A stretch of 64,000 bases of DNA, from positions 178,914 through 242,913 of the forward strand of contig CAYWDM010000001.1 in NCBI GenBank assembly GCA_964457085.1. Reading direction: 5' to 3'. Source of the stretch: an uncultured Pseudomonadales bacterium. GTDB taxonomy: Bacteria > Patescibacteriota > Microgenomatia > UBA1400 > PJMF01. Position 1 is the stretch's first letter. Each line of letters begins with the position of its first letter. A program made the position numbers and the translations under genes. Positions 32,528 to 42,779 of the stretch are shown here, one piece after another. The notes beneath the pieces were generated by a model. It worked only from the letters and a program-made list of their open reading frames with translations, was not told the DNA's origin and ran no database searches.

Positions 32528-33532
32528 TTACTTTGCTTTGAGAATTGCTTCCTGCAATGCCTTGTATTGTAGCGTGGGTTGGTCATTGCGATCAAGGAAC
32601 CCAAATTCAGCAAATGGACCGGGATCACCTTTGAGCACAAATGGCGTCACCGCCATCACTCGACTATCTGACCAGATGTGTTGTAGTGCATAGGCATAAT
32701 ATGCAGCTAACCAGCGACGGGTTTTTTGATTATTTGCCCAACCAGTTTCAGTGATAAAAACCTTGAGATCTCGACCGGTTTTTTGTTTTATAAAATCCAA
32801 TTCGTAGGTAAAACCCCAGAGTGAATTCACCGCTTTGCGGGTGGGTTCGGCACTAAATCCCGGGTTGGGATAAGAATGTGAGTTCCAATAGTCTACATAT
32901 ATAAAGACATCTGGATCAGTAGCCAACATTTGCTCGAAATATACAAACGCCGACCGTGTCTCTCTGCCATCTGGTGCAGCTAGATCCATGGCTGCAGGCA
33001 GAATTCTAAATTGAGCCGACTCGGTATGCAACCACTGGGCAGTAAAGGCCAAGATCTGGGCGTATCCAGCAGGGTCGAGCTGATTGCCCCATTCCTTAGC
33101 GTGGTTCACTTCATTAAATACAATCACATATCGTTCATCCGTCGGCCAAGTAAGCTGGTTCAATGCGAAACTCAGTGCCACAATATCTTGCCGTGATGGC
33201 TGTGCCCAAGCACCTTTTTCAAATTTTGTGGCAAGTCTAACGATAGGAATAATGCGATGTTTTTTGGCCTCCACAAAAAACCGCTGCCATTCATCCACCC
33301 GCTTAGTATCTTCAAGAGTAAACGGAATAGTGATGTAGCGCCATTTCGTCGATTCTAGCTCAGTCCCAAAAAGTTGTCTCACTTTAGTCAAATCATCTAG
33401 TGACAATAAATGAATACCCAGGATATCTTGATTAGCAGCTTGAGCTAATTGAGGTGCAAGCAAAAAACAACTCAAAACCAATTGAACTGAAACAATCCTC
33501 CATAGTATTGAAAGTCTTTTCGAAAAAACCAT
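32528..33532 (-). CDS. Secreted glycoside hydrolase (clan GH-A-like TIM barrel)
   Basis: Signal peptide; FNEVN acid/base, SHSYP and ITETGW nucleophile motifs. Confidence 0.75.
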   Translation of the reverse strand: MVFSKRLSILWRIVSVQLVLSCFLLAPQLAQAANQDILGIHLLSLDDLTKVRQLFGTELESTKWRYITIPFTLEDTKRVDEWQRFFVEAKKHRIIPIVRLATKFEKGAWAQPSRQDIVALSFALNQLTWPTDERYVIVFNEVNHAKEWGNQLDPAGYAQILAFTAQWLHTESAQFRILPAAMDLAAPDGRETRSAFVYFEQMLATDPDVFIYVDYWNSHSYPNPGFSAEPTRKAVNSLWGFTYELDFIKQKTGRDLKVFITETGWANNQKTRRWLAAYYAYALQHIWSDSRVMAVTPFVLKGDPGPFAEFGFLDRNDQPTLQYKALQEAILKAK

Positions 33533-33622
33533 CGTGGTATTAGCAACAAATTATCTGGAATCAGCCGCATTTGCGCTGTCTAAATTATAGCCTATACGAC
33601 TGTGGTATAGTTGGTTCAACAT

Positions 33623-34318
33623 ATGTTGGCAAAGCTTTTTTCTGCTTATGCCTGGTTGTTAGTTACCGCTGGATGTATTCTCATCCTGATCGCAGGCAGT
33701 CAGTTTTATCAGCTGACTAGTTATCAGCTTTCTTGGCCATTGCTGGGTAATTCCAAATCAACACAACAGGCAGCAAACACATCTGATTCTAGTGACGGCG
33801 CGACTGCAACCTCAATCGTTGAGTCTAGTGATGGCAGAGCTGAAATCGTGGCCAATTTCCTCGAAAGACACAAATCTCCACTAACCCCGTATGAGCATTT
33901 CGGTAAAGTATTTGTCGAGGTGGCCGATCGGTATGCCATCGATTTTCGTTTGCTTCCGGCGATTGCCATGCAAGAAAGCAACCTCTGCAAAAGCATCCCT
34001 GAGGGTTCATATAACTGTCTTGGGTTTGGTATTCACAAAAAAGGTACTCTCGGTTTTGACAGTTATGAGGCTAATTTCGAGAGAGCAGGCAAAGAACTCA
34101 AGGCTAACTACATTAATAAAGGCCGAATAACTCCAGAATTAATCATGCAGAAATACACTCCCAGCAGCAATGGCAGTTGGGCAAATTCAGTTAACCAATG
34201 GATGGCAGAGATGCGATACGACGATCGTGAATCTGGTAGAACCAAAAAAACCAATGCCAATGTCTTGGAGTTCGCTCAGAGCACTCCAGGATCTGCTTCT
34301 CCAACTCCTACCCCATAA
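33623..34318 (+). CDS. Membrane-anchored lysozyme-like (glucosaminidase/transglycosylase-fold) protein
   Basis: N-terminal TM; AD.Y.ID.RLLPAIAMQES, N..GFG, KYTP....WA. Confidence 0.7.
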   Translation: MLAKLFSAYAWLLVTAGCILILIAGSQFYQLTSYQLSWPLLGNSKSTQQAANTSDSSDGATATSIVESSDGRAEIVANFLERHKSPLTPYEHFGKVFVEVADRYAIDFRLLPAIAMQESNLCKSIPEGSYNCLGFGIHKKGTLGFDSYEANFERAGKELKANYINKGRITPELIMQKYTPSSNGSWANSVNQWMAEMRYDDRESGRTKKTNANVLEFAQSTPGSASPTPTP

Positions 34319-34350
34319 TTCACGCCACAGCGTCATTATAATTTTCCTAA

Positions 34351-34379
34351 TTGACGTGTTTGATATATTTTGATACTAT
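34351..34379 (+). promoter_or_regulatory. Sigma70-type promoter with extended -10
   Basis: TTGACG-17 nt-TACTAT, with TGn immediately before the -10. Confidence 0.55.
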
Positions 34380-34385
34380 TCTTAT

Positions 34386-34455
34386 ACCTCAGAAGGTTGT
34401 CCTCACCAGGAGTGCGTTCTGAGACCAATGAACCCGACCATGAGTCGGGTTTTTT
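34386..34455 (+). ncRNA. Candidate ~70-nt small RNA ending in an intrinsic terminator
   Basis: Stem CTCAGAA/TTCTGAG, then AACCCGAC-catga-GTCGGGTT plus T-run; directly after the promoter; no ORF. Confidence 0.4.
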
Positions 34456-34513
34456 GTTGACAAAAATTGAAAAGTTTTTATTACTGCAGATTGCACTGCA
34501 AAATTAAATCAAG

Positions 34514-34594
34514 TGCCAGAGGAGGGGATCGAACCCTCATGCCATAGGCACACGCTTCTAAGACGTGCTTGTCTACCAATTTCAACACTCTGGC
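34514..34594 (-). tRNA. tRNA-Leu(TAG)
   Basis: GCCAGAG...CTCTGGC-A, anticodon loop CTTAGAA, variable arm, T-loop TTCGATC. Confidence 0.94.
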
Positions 34595-34665
34595 TAGAGT
34601 AGGTAATTATAGCAACGAAGCTGCGGATGACAAATCCAATCAGTATGAGGTAGAGTGACTCTGAC

Positions 34666-35373
34666 ATGAGCTATTCATACACCCGCCGAGTTGGTAGATC
34701 CCTAGCTCGTCTGGCAATTTCAATTCGACCACCAGACAGAATTTTCGTTTCTGCACACCCGCTTGTTCCGGAATTTATTGTCAAACAGTTTGTGGAAAGC
34801 AAATCCGAGTGGATTAGTCAGCAACTTGTTAAAATCAGCAGTCACACTTCTACCTCAAGTGCCATGCCAGATACCATTGCTATTTTCGGTAAACCACACC
34901 AACTCGTTTTGAGTCAGGACACTAATAAACCTGTTGGTTTCCAGTTGCATGATGGCAAACTGATCTGGAATCACTGGCAAGCCTCCAAACAAACCAAAAC
35001 ACAGCTCGACACCAACCTAAGAAAGTTTTTAATCGCCAAAGCCAAACAATTTTTGAGTCTGCGAACTGCGTACTGGGCAGAAAAAATGCAACTGCGACCG
35101 ACCAGGCTCAGCTATAAAGAACAGACTAGTCGATGGGGAAGCTGCAGCTCAAGTAAATCACTGAGTTTTAACTGGCGATTAATTCATGTGCCACCAGTCG
35201 TTGCAGATTATGTGGTTATCCACGAGTTAGCACACATCAAAGAACTCAACCACTCGGCAGCATTTTGGGAATTAGTGGCAAAATTTGACCCTGCACATCG
35301 AGTTCACCGAGGCTGGTTGAAACGACACGGACATGAATGGGAGACTAGTTGGCATGTTATGATGGCTAAATGA
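34666..35373 (+). CDS. YgjP/DUF45 family zinc metallohydrolase
   Basis: SRWGSCS, L.FNWRL, DYVVIHELAH...NHS..FW. Confidence 0.9.
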   Translation: MSYSYTRRVGRSLARLAISIRPPDRIFVSAHPLVPEFIVKQFVESKSEWISQQLVKISSHTSTSSAMPDTIAIFGKPHQLVLSQDTNKPVGFQLHDGKLIWNHWQASKQTKTQLDTNLRKFLIAKAKQFLSLRTAYWAEKMQLRPTRLSYKEQTSRWGSCSSSKSLSFNWRLIHVPPVVADYVVIHELAHIKELNHSAAFWELVAKFDPAHRVHRGWLKRHGHEWETSWHVMMAK

Positions 35374-36050
35374 TCGTGTTAATCCATGGAGATAACGAGG
35401 CTAAATCAAGACTCCATCTAGTTGAACTAATTCAAAAGGCCAAACAATCACAGCGGAGTGTAATTACTCTCGAAGGAACAAAACTGAGCGAAGGCGAACT
35501 AGAAAACGCACTTGGCAGTTCCAGTCTTTTTGGTGAAGCCCCATTAATTGTGATTGAGCATTTGCTCGCTGGAGTACGCTCCAAAAAGAAATCAGCCCTA
35601 ATCGAGATGGTGGCAAAATCCAGTTCAGAAGTCATTGTTTTTGAAAATAAATCACTTTCTGCAGCAGCACTCAAACAACTGCCCAACGCAGTGGTCAGCT
35701 CATTTCCCATCGCCAATAGTTTATTTGCTTGGCTAGATGACCTCGGCAGCCCCAGTCCAATCACCAAAAAAATCACCCTGTTGCACCAAGCTTTAGATCA
35801 AGAAGACGAGTTTCTGTGTTTTGCAATGTTGGCACGCCAAGTTCGGCTGTTGATCCAAGTTATCAGTAATACTCCAGTAGCGATGGCTCCTTTTGCACTG
35901 ACAAAACTCAAACGACAGGTCAATACTTTTTCAATTGAAACCTTACTGACAATGCACGACAAGCTCTGTCAACTCGATATGTCTAGCAAACAATCTGCCA
36001 AACCACTCGATATGAGACAAGAACTTGAACTTTTAACAATCTCGCGATAA
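35370..36050 (+). CDS. holA: DNA polymerase III delta subunit (short HolA-like)
   Basis: LIHGD, SLFG...LIVIE, ML.RQVRLL, PF...KL..Q...F....L. Confidence 0.7.
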   Translation: MIVLIHGDNEAKSRLHLVELIQKAKQSQRSVITLEGTKLSEGELENALGSSSLFGEAPLIVIEHLLAGVRSKKKSALIEMVAKSSSEVIVFENKSLSAAALKQLPNAVVSSFPIANSLFAWLDDLGSPSPITKKITLLHQALDQEDEFLCFAMLARQVRLLIQVISNTPVAMAPFALTKLKRQVNTFSIETLLTMHDKLCQLDMSSKQSAKPLDMRQELELLTISR

Positions 36051-36114
36051 AGTTGAGCTCTGACTTCTGCCTACTATGGCACAATCGTCAGAAGACACTT
36101 GAGAAAGGTGCTCT

Positions 36115-38223
36115 ATGAATACATCAGATTTACTTGCTAAAGCGAAAATTGGCTTTGGCCCTCTTAAGGTCGGTCAACAGTACAAAGATGCAGCCTTAAA
36201 AAACATCAAAACCTGGTTAACTGATCCGCAGTTTTCAGAATACGTACCCCAACTAGAACACCTCATTACTCATGGTTTTTTTGATTATGTGCTCGATTGT
36301 TTCTATCAGGTCATTCCTTTTGGTACCGGTGGCCGACGAGGCGAAGTTGGCATTGGTCCAAATCGCATCAATCCCTGGACCATTCAAGCATCGGCACAAG
36401 GACATTCGCAGTTTTTACTCAAGAAATTTGGTAAATCAGCCAAAACTAGAGGCGTCGTATTAGCCTGGGATGTGCGTTGTTTTTATTCCAATAAATTCTT
36501 CTCAGATACACTTTCAAACCCTGTTCGGAACCTTGATGGCATCACATTAGCCAAAAAAGCTGCTGAGGTATATACCGCTAATGGTCTTAAGGTGTATTTA
36601 TTTGATGGTCCACGAACCACCCCCGAACTGTCATTTGCAGTCAGAGCACTACATGCCGTCAGTGGTGATGTTTTCAGTGCCAGTCACAATCCACCAGAGC
36701 ATAATGGTAAGAAAGTATATGATGAGTTTGGCGGACAGCTGATTCCCCCAAATGACGAAGAACTAGTCACTGAAGTCACCGAGCAGGTTACAGAAATCAA
36801 AACCATCTCATATGCTGAAGCTGAGACTAAAAAATTAGTCGAAATCTTGGGTGGTGAAATGGATGCAAAATATATCGCTGAGTGCACCAAACTCTCGCTC
36901 AGCAAAGCTCGAGATATAAAGATAGTCTACACACCGCTGCATGGCTGCGGTATTACCTCAGTGCCGGTTGCACTCGAAGCTCTAGGCTTCACAGTTGCTC
37001 TCGATCCTGCAACTTCAAATTCCAGTGGAAAATTTGAGCATGTCACCTTCAATATTCCTAATCCAGAGGTAATCCAATCTTTTGACACACCACTTAAATA
37101 CGCTAAAAAAATAAAAGCCGATATTTTGCTTAATAGTGATCCAGATGCGGATCGCATCGGAGTAATGGTGAATCACCAAGGCAGTTGGCACTTTATCAAC
37201 GGTAATGAAATTGCAGCCTTGATAGCAAGTTACGTCATTGAAAAACGTCAGCCCACCCTTAAACAAAAGGGCCTAATTATCAAGACAGATGTCACCACTA
37301 ACTTAGTTACTGAAATTGCTAAAGTCCATGGAGTAGAGGTGATCGGTGATTTATTGGTCGGATTTAAATACATCGGTGAAGAAGTTAATAAAGTTGAAGC
37401 TGCTGGAGAAATTGATCGTTTCTTGATGGGTTGTGAAGAAAGTCACGGATATATGGGTGGCAATTATGCTAGAGACAAAGATGCAGTTAGTGCAGCCATT
37501 TGGCTGGCTGAACTCGCAGCAGAGCAAAAAATGCACCATAAGACATTGATCGATTATCTCAACGAGATAAATATCAGATATGGCTACTTTGCCAACTACC
37601 TCACTGAAATTCGGTTGCCAGGAGCTGAGGGCATGTCACAAATCCAAGTTATCCAGACTGCACTTCGTGAAGAAAATCCCACTAAAATCGGCAAATTCGA
37701 TGTTTTGTCAGTAGTTGATTGGCTGGATCGCTTACCAATGCTTTCTGAAACTGATCGCATTTCCAAAAATGCATTAGTCTTCCATTTCAAGCCAGTTGCT
37801 GGCACCACCTCAATGCGAATTACCCTGCGACCATCAGGCACCGAACCAAAAGTTAAGATGTATTTCGAGATTGGTAGCTTGCCAATGCCAGCTGCAAAAC
37901 TCGAACAAGTCAAAAAAGACATCAATGAACTACGAGAAGAGTTAGAAAAAGCCTTTATGTTGCATTGTTACAGAGCAATTGGTGTTGATTTTCCAGAGCG
38001 TGGGTTCTTGCTATTCTGGCAACTACCTCTGCGAGATAAGTTGCGTTATTTTGAAATTGAACCAGAAATAATCAAACTTACAGCAATTGCCGATAACGCA
38101 AAACGTCGCCAGCAACTTGACCAGCTATTGGCTTTTCTTGGCAGCGATAGTATCGTAAAAGTCGACAAAGCTTTTGAAGCAGAATACAAAAAATCGATTC
38201 TAGAATATCTCTCTCTAAATTAG
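36115..38223 (+). CDS. Phosphoglucomutase/phosphomannomutase
   Basis: FGTGGRRG, SASHNP phosphoserine loop, DPDADR, CEESHG, RPSGTEPK. Confidence 0.93.
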   Translation: MNTSDLLAKAKIGFGPLKVGQQYKDAALKNIKTWLTDPQFSEYVPQLEHLITHGFFDYVLDCFYQVIPFGTGGRRGEVGIGPNRINPWTIQASAQGHSQFLLKKFGKSAKTRGVVLAWDVRCFYSNKFFSDTLSNPVRNLDGITLAKKAAEVYTANGLKVYLFDGPRTTPELSFAVRALHAVSGDVFSASHNPPEHNGKKVYDEFGGQLIPPNDEELVTEVTEQVTEIKTISYAEAETKKLVEILGGEMDAKYIAECTKLSLSKARDIKIVYTPLHGCGITSVPVALEALGFTVALDPATSNSSGKFEHVTFNIPNPEVIQSFDTPLKYAKKIKADILLNSDPDADRIGVMVNHQGSWHFINGNEIAALIASYVIEKRQPTLKQKGLIIKTDVTTNLVTEIAKVHGVEVIGDLLVGFKYIGEEVNKVEAAGEIDRFLMGCEESHGYMGGNYARDKDAVSAAIWLAELAAEQKMHHKTLIDYLNEINIRYGYFANYLTEIRLPGAEGMSQIQVIQTALREENPTKIGKFDVLSVVDWLDRLPMLSETDRISKNALVFHFKPVAGTTSMRITLRPSGTEPKVKMYFEIGSLPMPAAKLEQVKKDINELREELEKAFMLHCYRAIGVDFPERGFLLFWQLPLRDKLRYFEIEPEIIKLTAIADNAKRRQQLDQLLAFLGSDSIVKVDKAFEAEYKKSILEYLSLN

Positions 38224-38246
38224 TAATAACAGTAATAAGGAACTAC

Positions 38247-39326
38247 ATGAGTAAATCAATTGCATTTTTAGACGACCGCTCAGGAATCACAGAACTTGAT
38301 AAATCAAATATGTTGGGCTCAATTGAGTCACTGGCAGATCAAGTACGCCAAGCTTGGACCGATGTTAACAAGGTCACATTCACACCAAAAGATGAAATTC
38401 GTAACGTGGTTGTTGCAGGAATGGGTGGATCAGCACTTGGTGCAGATGTCGCCAAGCATTTATTCAAGAGTCAGCTAACTGTGCCACTTGATGTGGTAAA
38501 CAGTTACCACTTACCAGCGTACGTTAATAAAAATACTCTGGTAATTCTCTCAAGTTACAGTGGTGGTACCGAAGAAATTTTGAACTGTGCAGTCGAAGCA
38601 AAAGCTAAAAATGCCCAAATCATGGTTATTGCAGCTGGCAGCAAACTCGCTGAGATCGCAAAAACAGAAAACTATCCTATTTACCTAATTAACCCAGAAT
38701 TTAATCCTTCAAACCAACCTCGCATGGCTATTGGCTATTCAATTACTGGCTTGCTTGGGCTGCTGAGTAAAGCAGGTGTCTGCACGCTTTCAGATCTTGA
38801 AGTGCAAGAAATCATTACCACCATCATCAGCACCAATGAACGCTGTCATGTGGCAGTCACTCAGGAACAAAATCCATCCAAATTGCTAGCTTTCACTGCA
38901 CTTGATCGACGACCAATTATAGTGGTTAGTGATTTTCTGACTGGTGCTGCACATGCAGCAGCAAACCAGTTTAACGAAAACTCCAAGGCTTATGCTGATT
39001 ATAAAGTTGTACCGGAACTGAATCACCATCTCATGGAAGGCTTACGATTCCCCAACAGCAACACCACCACTCACGTCTTTGTATTGGTTCAGTCTGATTT
39101 GTATGATAGTGCTGTCGCAAAGCGAATGCTGCTCACCCAAAAGGTTATTGAACAAAATGGTATCGAGACCATGACCTTGAAATTAGTGGCAGAATCACAG
39201 CTTACCCAGGCATTCGAGTTGATAACCATCCTCGCCTATGCTACCTTTTACCTAAGCATGCTCGAGAATATTGATCCTAGTCCCATTCCATTCGTGGATT
39301 GGTTTAAAGACGAGCTTGCCAAGTAA
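38247..39326 (+). CDS. Bifunctional phosphoglucose/phosphomannose isomerase (SIS domains)
   Basis: GMGGSALG, SSYSGGTEE, QPR, QFNENSK, PELNHH. Confidence 0.9.
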   Translation: MSKSIAFLDDRSGITELDKSNMLGSIESLADQVRQAWTDVNKVTFTPKDEIRNVVVAGMGGSALGADVAKHLFKSQLTVPLDVVNSYHLPAYVNKNTLVILSSYSGGTEEILNCAVEAKAKNAQIMVIAAGSKLAEIAKTENYPIYLINPEFNPSNQPRMAIGYSITGLLGLLSKAGVCTLSDLEVQEIITTIISTNERCHVAVTQEQNPSKLLAFTALDRRPIIVVSDFLTGAAHAAANQFNENSKAYADYKVVPELNHHLMEGLRFPNSNTTTHVFVLVQSDLYDSAVAKRMLLTQKVIEQNGIETMTLKLVAESQLTQAFELITILAYATFYLSMLENIDPSPIPFVDWFKDELAK

Positions 39327-39329
39327 TAC

Positions 39330-40745
39330 ATGAGTTCGTTAATTCAAGCCGTGGTCGCCAAGGAAATCTTGGATGGTCTTGGCATCCCTACTATTGAAAC
39401 TACCATTTGGCTGGATAGTGGTGTTAGTGCAACCAGTAGTGTCGCCACCGGTACAGCCACGGGCAAATTTGAAGGTGTAGAACTGCGTGATGGCGACCAA
39501 AATCGCATGGTTGGTAAAGGAGTGCTCAAAGCAGTTGCTAACATCAACGAAGTCATCGCACCACAACTCATTGGCAAAGATCCATCACTCCAGGAAGAAC
39601 ACGACCAATTACTCCTCAGCCTTGACGGTACTGCCAACAAAGCCAAGCTTGGAGTAAATACCATCAACAGTGTTTCGCAGGCTTTACTGAAGGTCGCGGC
39701 ACTTGACCATGGCTTGCCGCTATACAGCTACATCCAGCAGCGATACCAATTTACCACTGACTTAAGTATCCCTAGCTGCATTTTTTGCGTGATTGATGGT
39801 GGCGAACATGGTTCTGACAATGTGGATATACAGGAATTCCAAATTATCCCTGCTAGTCACATGGAGTACCCAGCCGCACTCAACATGGCAGTGACCTTCC
39901 AACAAAAACTAGAGGAAGTACTGATTACTAAAAAAGCCGCACACTCGGTCGGCGTTCTTGGTGGTTTCACGCCCACACTGTACTCAAATACCGATGTTTT
40001 TGAGTTGCTGATGGAAACGGTACGAACCACACCATACACCTTTGCCCAAGATTTATTTTTTGGAGTTGACGTAGCGGCTAACTCACTTTTTTTCAATAAC
40101 AAATATTCACTAAAAGATAAAAATACCGCTTACAACACCAAGGATCTAATCGAATACTATCAAAATCTACGCAACGTGTATAAAGTCATTTATTTTGAGG
40201 ATCCCTTTGCTATTTCTGACAAAAATGGTTGGTCAACATTGTCTGAAACTTTTGGCGGTGCGACACGAATCAGTGCCGATAGTCTTACCGACAGTAACAT
40301 TACCCAAATCGATAGTTCTTTCCGCGATAAATTAGCCAATACCTTCGTACTCAAACCAAGTAAAGTGGGCACCATGACTGAATTTATGGCAGCAGTCCGA
40401 TATCTTAAACAAGCCGAGGCACAAATCGTAGTCTCACATCGCTCTGGAGAAACTGCAGATGACTTTATTGCCGATGTGGCGGTTGGAATCGGAGCTGATT
40501 ATGCCAAGTTTGGACCAGTCATGCGAGAAGAGCGATTGGCAAAATACAATCGCCTGAGCCAAATTTATACTGAGATTTCTAATCAAACCTCAGTTGCACC
40601 AGTTGCTGACCCAATGGAGACAGCTGTCAGCAACGAACCAGAAGTCACCGCGGCTGCACCGACCCAACTAGAAAATGGCGAAGAACTAGCAGTAGAACCA
40701 GAAGCTACACCAATCGCGATCATCGATATTTTCGAGGCAGAGTAA
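39330..40745 (+). CDS. eno: Enolase-family protein with a divergent active site and acidic C-terminal tail
   Basis: ELRDGD...GKGVLKAV, QEF, SHRSGET, RLAKYN; but ATGTATG replaces PSGASTG and GVLGGF replaces GDEGGF. Confidence 0.85.
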   Translation: MSSLIQAVVAKEILDGLGIPTIETTIWLDSGVSATSSVATGTATGKFEGVELRDGDQNRMVGKGVLKAVANINEVIAPQLIGKDPSLQEEHDQLLLSLDGTANKAKLGVNTINSVSQALLKVAALDHGLPLYSYIQQRYQFTTDLSIPSCIFCVIDGGEHGSDNVDIQEFQIIPASHMEYPAALNMAVTFQQKLEEVLITKKAAHSVGVLGGFTPTLYSNTDVFELLMETVRTTPYTFAQDLFFGVDVAANSLFFNNKYSLKDKNTAYNTKDLIEYYQNLRNVYKVIYFEDPFAISDKNGWSTLSETFGGATRISADSLTDSNITQIDSSFRDKLANTFVLKPSKVGTMTEFMAAVRYLKQAEAQIVVSHRSGETADDFIADVAVGIGADYAKFGPVMREERLAKYNRLSQIYTEISNQTSVAPVADPMETAVSNEPEVTAAAPTQLENGEELAVEPEATPIAIIDIFEAE

Positions 40746-40749
40746 CTTT

Positions 40750-41781
40750 CTATTTAGTCGCTCGACTGACTGACATAACTTCCTCACCAAATCGAGCTGC
40801 AAACTTTTCCGCAATATAACTCGTAAGCTTATCATTGGGATGGAAAACATCTTCTCCTGGAAAGACGTAGTAGTCACCGGTTGTTGAATCGACTGCCCAG
40901 TTATAGACGGGTAGTGCATGCAACTCCTGTGATATGAACAGTTGCTGATACAGCAAATCATTAAAGTCCTGCTTTGATGAGTACACATTGTCATAGTAAA
41001 TAAAAAAAGTCGGTATATTTTGCCCGTCTAGTTTAGTTTCAGCAATTTGTTGGAGTAGTGCACCGGAAATTTTAAGATCGTACCCTGAATTAACAGCCAA
41101 CTGATGCCGAACTCTCTCTAAAAGCAACTTCGCTGCCACAATGATTTTTATTTCTCGAGACTCATCGATTTCTTCTGGATAGCTCCTAAATCGCAACTCA
41201 TTATCAATGAGCACCGACACAGGTTTTGTACCGATAAAACGTAGACACCTAGAAGTGGCTCTACGATCTTGATTTAGATTGCGATTACTGTGATCGGCAA
41301 TGTACGTCATCACTACTGCAGATGGCCGAATATATTCGATAAGTTGTTGTAGTCTCAAGTTTGCTTGATCTGTGCCATACCCTTCTACGGCAGCATTGAC
41401 GATTGAAAATCTATCTTCGAGTAACGTCCCAATTTTAGCTGCATAGGTTTGTCTATAGTTGAGACCGTACCCAAAAGTCACTGAGTCGCCAATAAATAAA
41501 ATTCTCGGTTTTGAAAAATCAACACCTTGCTTGGCAATTGGAGCACGCAACCCAAACTCATCAAAGTGATAAACAACTCCTCGATTTGAGTAGGTTTTGC
41601 TTGGTTGCCAAACCCAACCAAGATCATCATCAAACACTCCCATTTTTGTCTCGTCAGGTTCAAGCACTTTCTGACAACCAATATAGGGATAATTGGAAAT
41701 TCGCAGCAACAACTCTAAACCGGCCACAGTGCAGATTGCTAAAAATAGTTTGATCACCAATTGATATGCCGCTCGATTCAC
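40750..41781 (-). CDS. Membrane-anchored SGNH hydrolase-like protein
   Basis: N-terminal TM (LELLLR), FIGDSVTFG, NAAVEGYGTDQ, D..HP. Confidence 0.8.
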   Translation of the reverse strand: MNRAAYQLVIKLFLAICTVAGLELLLRISNYPYIGCQKVLEPDETKMGVFDDDLGWVWQPSKTYSNRGVVYHFDEFGLRAPIAKQGVDFSKPRILFIGDSVTFGYGLNYRQTYAAKIGTLLEDRFSIVNAAVEGYGTDQANLRLQQLIEYIRPSAVVMTYIADHSNRNLNQDRRATSRCLRFIGTKPVSVLIDNELRFRSYPEEIDESREIKIIVAAKLLLERVRHQLAVNSGYDLKISGALLQQIAETKLDGQNIPTFFIYYDNVYSSKQDFNDLLYQQLFISQELHALPVYNWAVDSTTGDYYVFPGEDVFHPNDKLTSYIAEKFAARFGEEVMSVSRATK

Positions 41782-41875
41782 TCGATAACTATATCACAAA
41801 ACATCAGGCGACGACCAAATCTCGCTCTATAAAAGTGTTTTCAACTCCACCCGAGGTCTGGTATAGTACTAAGAT

Positions 41876-42547
41876 ATGTTGTCTGGAATAATTCAACCCT
41901 TTATCAATCTACTGTACCGCATCTCAGAGATACTCCCTCTGCCTTGGTTTACTTTTCTAGGAGCCCTGATTGAGGAAGTTATCGCACCGATTCCATCACC
42001 TTTAGTGATGACGTTAGCTGGTTCAATGGCTGCTTCCCAAAAAAACACCTGGATGTATTTACTACTCTTGTCATTGTTTGGGGCTATTGGCAAAACTATC
42101 GGCAGTTACCTCATTTACCTGTTTGCAGATAAAGGAGAAGACTTAGTCACCAATAAACTAGGTAAATTTCTCGGCGTCTCACATAAAGAAATCGAGGCAA
42201 TTGGCAAACACCTTAACAAAGGTTGGCGTGATGTAATCGTGCTATTTCTGCTCAGAGCTATCCCCATCATGCCCACTGCACCTGTTTCAATCGTATGCGG
42301 TCTCATCAAAATTAATTTACGCACTTACCTTACTTCTACATTTCTAGGCACCTTAGTCCGCAACATTTTTTATCTCTACCTTGGCTTTACCAGCGTCAAT
42401 GCACTTGAGTCACTCAATGAAGGTATTGATAGCTTAGAGAAGTTTGGATACCTCATTTTAATCATTCTAGTGGCTGCAATCATGGGCTTCATCTATTATC
42501 AGCGAAAAAAAGATGGTGCTATCTCCTTTTTGGAGAAGTCAAAATAA
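41876..42547 (+). CDS. DedA/VTT domain membrane protein
   Basis: IEEVIAPIPSPLV...AG, LRAIP, S..CG. Confidence 0.85.
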   Translation: MLSGIIQPFINLLYRISEILPLPWFTFLGALIEEVIAPIPSPLVMTLAGSMAASQKNTWMYLLLLSLFGAIGKTIGSYLIYLFADKGEDLVTNKLGKFLGVSHKEIEAIGKHLNKGWRDVIVLFLLRAIPIMPTAPVSIVCGLIKINLRTYLTSTFLGTLVRNIFYLYLGFTSVNALESLNEGIDSLEKFGYLILIILVAAIMGFIYYQRKKDGAISFLEKSK

Positions 42548-42779
42548 CTCCAAATCACTTCAATCCGTTTGAGAGCTATGAATTCTTGCCTGCTTAGCAA
42601 CTCTTTTTATGGTCTTGCTTTCCTGATCTAAAGAAAAAAATGGCAGTTACCATTACTCAATCATTCTCTTTCGGTTGCAATTCGTAAATTTGACATATTA
42701 AGCGATACTTTGTCATATTGTTGTTTGTGCTTTTTTCGCTTATTCTTTGGTAAGTATTTGGGTTAAGTAAGGTTAAACT

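Noticed and set aside
34456-34513. A repeat unit downstream of tRNA-Leu
   Set aside because: No duplicate of the tRNA-Leu 3' end and no shared core sequence is visible; this tRNA appears to be an empty site.
42691-42776. LexA operator upstream of lexA (TGACA-N15-TGTCA; GGTTAA direct repeat)
   Set aside because: The left half coincides with a -35 box, and I did not find the motif upstream of other repair genes in the window; not supportable.
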